Shown in pieces: positions 61,961-64,000 of a stretch of 64,000 nucleotides of DNA (position 1 is the stretch's first letter; each line of letters starts with the position of its first letter). The DNA comes from Azolla caroliniana (lineage: Eukaryota; Plantae; Polypodiophyta), in assembly GCA_043228905.1 (NCBI GenBank), contig JBHGNT010000001.1, forward strand, positions 22,134,001 to 22,198,000. The letters run 5' to 3'. Made by a program: the position numbers and the translations under genes. Under the pieces are notes generated by a model. That model was given only the letters and a program-made list of their open reading frames with translations. It did not search any database and had not been told where the DNA came from.

Positions 61961-62719
61961 AGAGAAATTGCCCAGTCTACAAGGTTTCTCAGATCGAAGG
62001 TGGACCAGATCTTCTACACATGATTTGGAGTCACAACATTTCCTTTTAGATGAAGACAATGCTTTGATTGGTACATCTAATGATGAGGAGGATGAATCAC
62101 CATTGTATATTTGGCTCTATAGTAGTGATTCTTATGGGAGGGATAACTCTTGATTGTATTTTTTGGCATGAACAGTTAACAATATAAACTTGTAACAACT
62201 CAAATGATATAAAGCTTAATTGTTTTTAAATCAATCGCTCATTGTGAATAATGTTTGTTATAAAAAACATGGGTTGTTATTTTTACAATAAAAAACATGG
62301 TGTAAAATTCTTCCATTTGCCTAATTTTGTGAATTTTCAAATTTATGACATGGTGATATTTTAAGCTTTTCCATTGAGTCTTTGAGCACATCTGATACAG
62401 GTATCCCATTTTTTGTGAGATGGTTAAAAAAAACCTGAAATTTAACGGAATATTCCCTATCCTTCCAATTGTGTGTGATCCTTCCACTTTTGAACGCGAA
62501 CATATTACAGTTGGGCATGCTCATATACAGTGTGCCCTCTTTCTGTGCTCGGGTCACTATGAGGTTTCCTCGGTAGAACTTCCACTTGCCGTTTTGAAAG
62601 CTACCACAGTGTCCTTCATCGTCCAGCCTTCCAGTCGATATAAGATTGAATCTGATATCGGGGACATGTTGAACTTCCCTCAGAGTCAGTCAACAACCTG
62701 TCGACGTCATCCGGCATAC

Positions 62720-63590
62720 ACTTCCTATGTGGACTATCTTGCACTCACCATTATCTTCTTCTTTACATAGCCATGATCCCCTGTTGTGTAAGTTGAGAAA
62801 CACTCTCTTGACGGAGTTATATATGGAAAGATGCACCTGAGTCGATTACCCAAGTGCACTCTTCACTTTGCAAATTTGTGCTTGCCTACTCACAAATGAA
62901 CAAGATCTCTTCTGCACTCATAGCTACGGCTGATGTGCCCTTTTCATCAGGAATATTCCTAGGTTCGACATTACCGACACTCTTGTCCTTCTTGAGGTGT
63001 TGGCAGTCCTTCTGGAAGTGTCCAGGATTTCCACAATCAAAGCATGTCAGTTTGCCTCTGGACTTGGACCTAGGTTGGCACTTGTCCCTTCTTTGTGGAC
63101 TTCTTTTTTGGTTCCTTCCTCTGCCAATATGTTGTGTCAAGTTTGACTTCGACTGGGATAGGACACCTTTGTCCTTCCGTCTCGCCTCCTTGTTCAAGAT
63201 GCTTGTCTTAACCGCTTGAAGAGAGAAGTTCTCTTCTTGACACGAGGTGTTGAGAATCACCACCAAATTCTCCATGTTGTCCAGCAGGGTACATCATAGC
63301 AGGATGGCCTGCATTGCATCCTCAAGGGGAAACTTGGTTGCCGCAAGTTGGTTCACATACCCCATGAATGTGCTTATGTACGCGACTATGCTTTCTCCAT
63401 CTCTATATTTTAGCCTCACAATCTTTCTCATCAAATATGTTTTGTTGAGGGCATTCTTTCTCTCATGTAGGCCTGACAACTTCTGCCACATCTCATGCAC
63501 ATTTGTGTCATTCACCACATGTTGAAGGACACTTACATCGATGCACTATCTAATGGTGGCAACCACCTTTCTATTCGGAAGTTTCCATCC
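62720..63590 (-). pseudogene. Copia-9 gag-protease fragment (Copia-5-like)
   Basis: MWQKLSGLHERKNALNK, CFDCGNPGHFQKDC; closely similar to the Copia-5 gag. Confidence 0.85.
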
Positions 63591-63879
63591 TATCTCGACT
63601 GTCTAGTCGGCCTTGTCGTCGACCCTACGGTTGGCACGACTAGTCAGTCTCATCTTCGACTTGGATCATCTGTTGTTGACTCTTCTCTATCGACTCTCTC
63701 TATCAACTCTCCATGTATTTGACTATCGGCTCTCAGCCCGAATAGTCAGCTACTCCATGTCTTCGACTGTCAGCTCTTACTCAGCCGAACAATCGGCTCC
63801 TCCCACGGTAGGGACATATACCTAACACATCCATCACTTTGATATTATTTTCTTATATATATTATTGAGGAATATGAAG

Positions 63880-64000
63880 GCAGCTACTAATTATCAACTC
63901 GTGCAAATGAGAGACATAAATATCAAGATAACAATGAACAAAAAAGTACAGAGCAACAAGATCTTTTAACGTGGAAAACCATGAAAGGGAAAAACCACGG
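63880..64000 (-). repeat. Probable copia LTR fragment running off the window
   Basis: TAACGTGGAAAACC...GGGAAAAACCACGG motif shared with the Copia-5/7 LTRs. Confidence 0.55.

Noticed and set aside
61960-62720. Possible host gene exon or DNA-transposon remnant
   Set aside because: AT-rich with short ORFs and no recognisable motif or terminal repeats; cannot be assigned

Overview
Eukaryotic plant DNA, probably from a non-seed plant such as a fern, lycophyte or moss. That is an inference from Tcn1-like chromoviruses, a tRNA-Trp-primed gypsy family with 4-bp target-site duplications (TSDs), and an RTEX-like LINE. The window is almost entirely a stack of nested retrotransposons: about nine Ty1/copia elements or fragments, two self-priming chromoviruses, two non-chromoviral gypsy elements plus a solo LTR, one L1-type LINE, one RTEX-like LINE tail and one non-autonomous LTR element. 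No intact host gene is present. Only one element looks intact and very young: Copia-5 at 32199-37515, with a 1357-aa ORF, near-identical LTRs and an AAATC TSD. The most notable observations are: (1) both chromovirus LTRs carry an antisense tRNA-like cassette followed by perfect heat-shock elements and a TATA box, and one shows a Tf1-like self-primer; (2) a non-autonomous LTR element carries an intronless fragment of the host splicing-factor gene CLASRP and has PBS-like motifs at both internal ends; (3) a lone LTR is fused to a 50-nt CCA-terminated tRNA-Asn copy, which looks like a captured strong-stop cDNA; (4) a conserved GGATTTT-plus-stem -1 frameshift signal lies after the gypsy protease; (5) a TATA box sits in a hairpin that was precisely excised in one LTR; (6) three large deletions fuse unrelated elements. 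All coordinates were read by eye and may be off by a few bases; family names are inferred without database searches.
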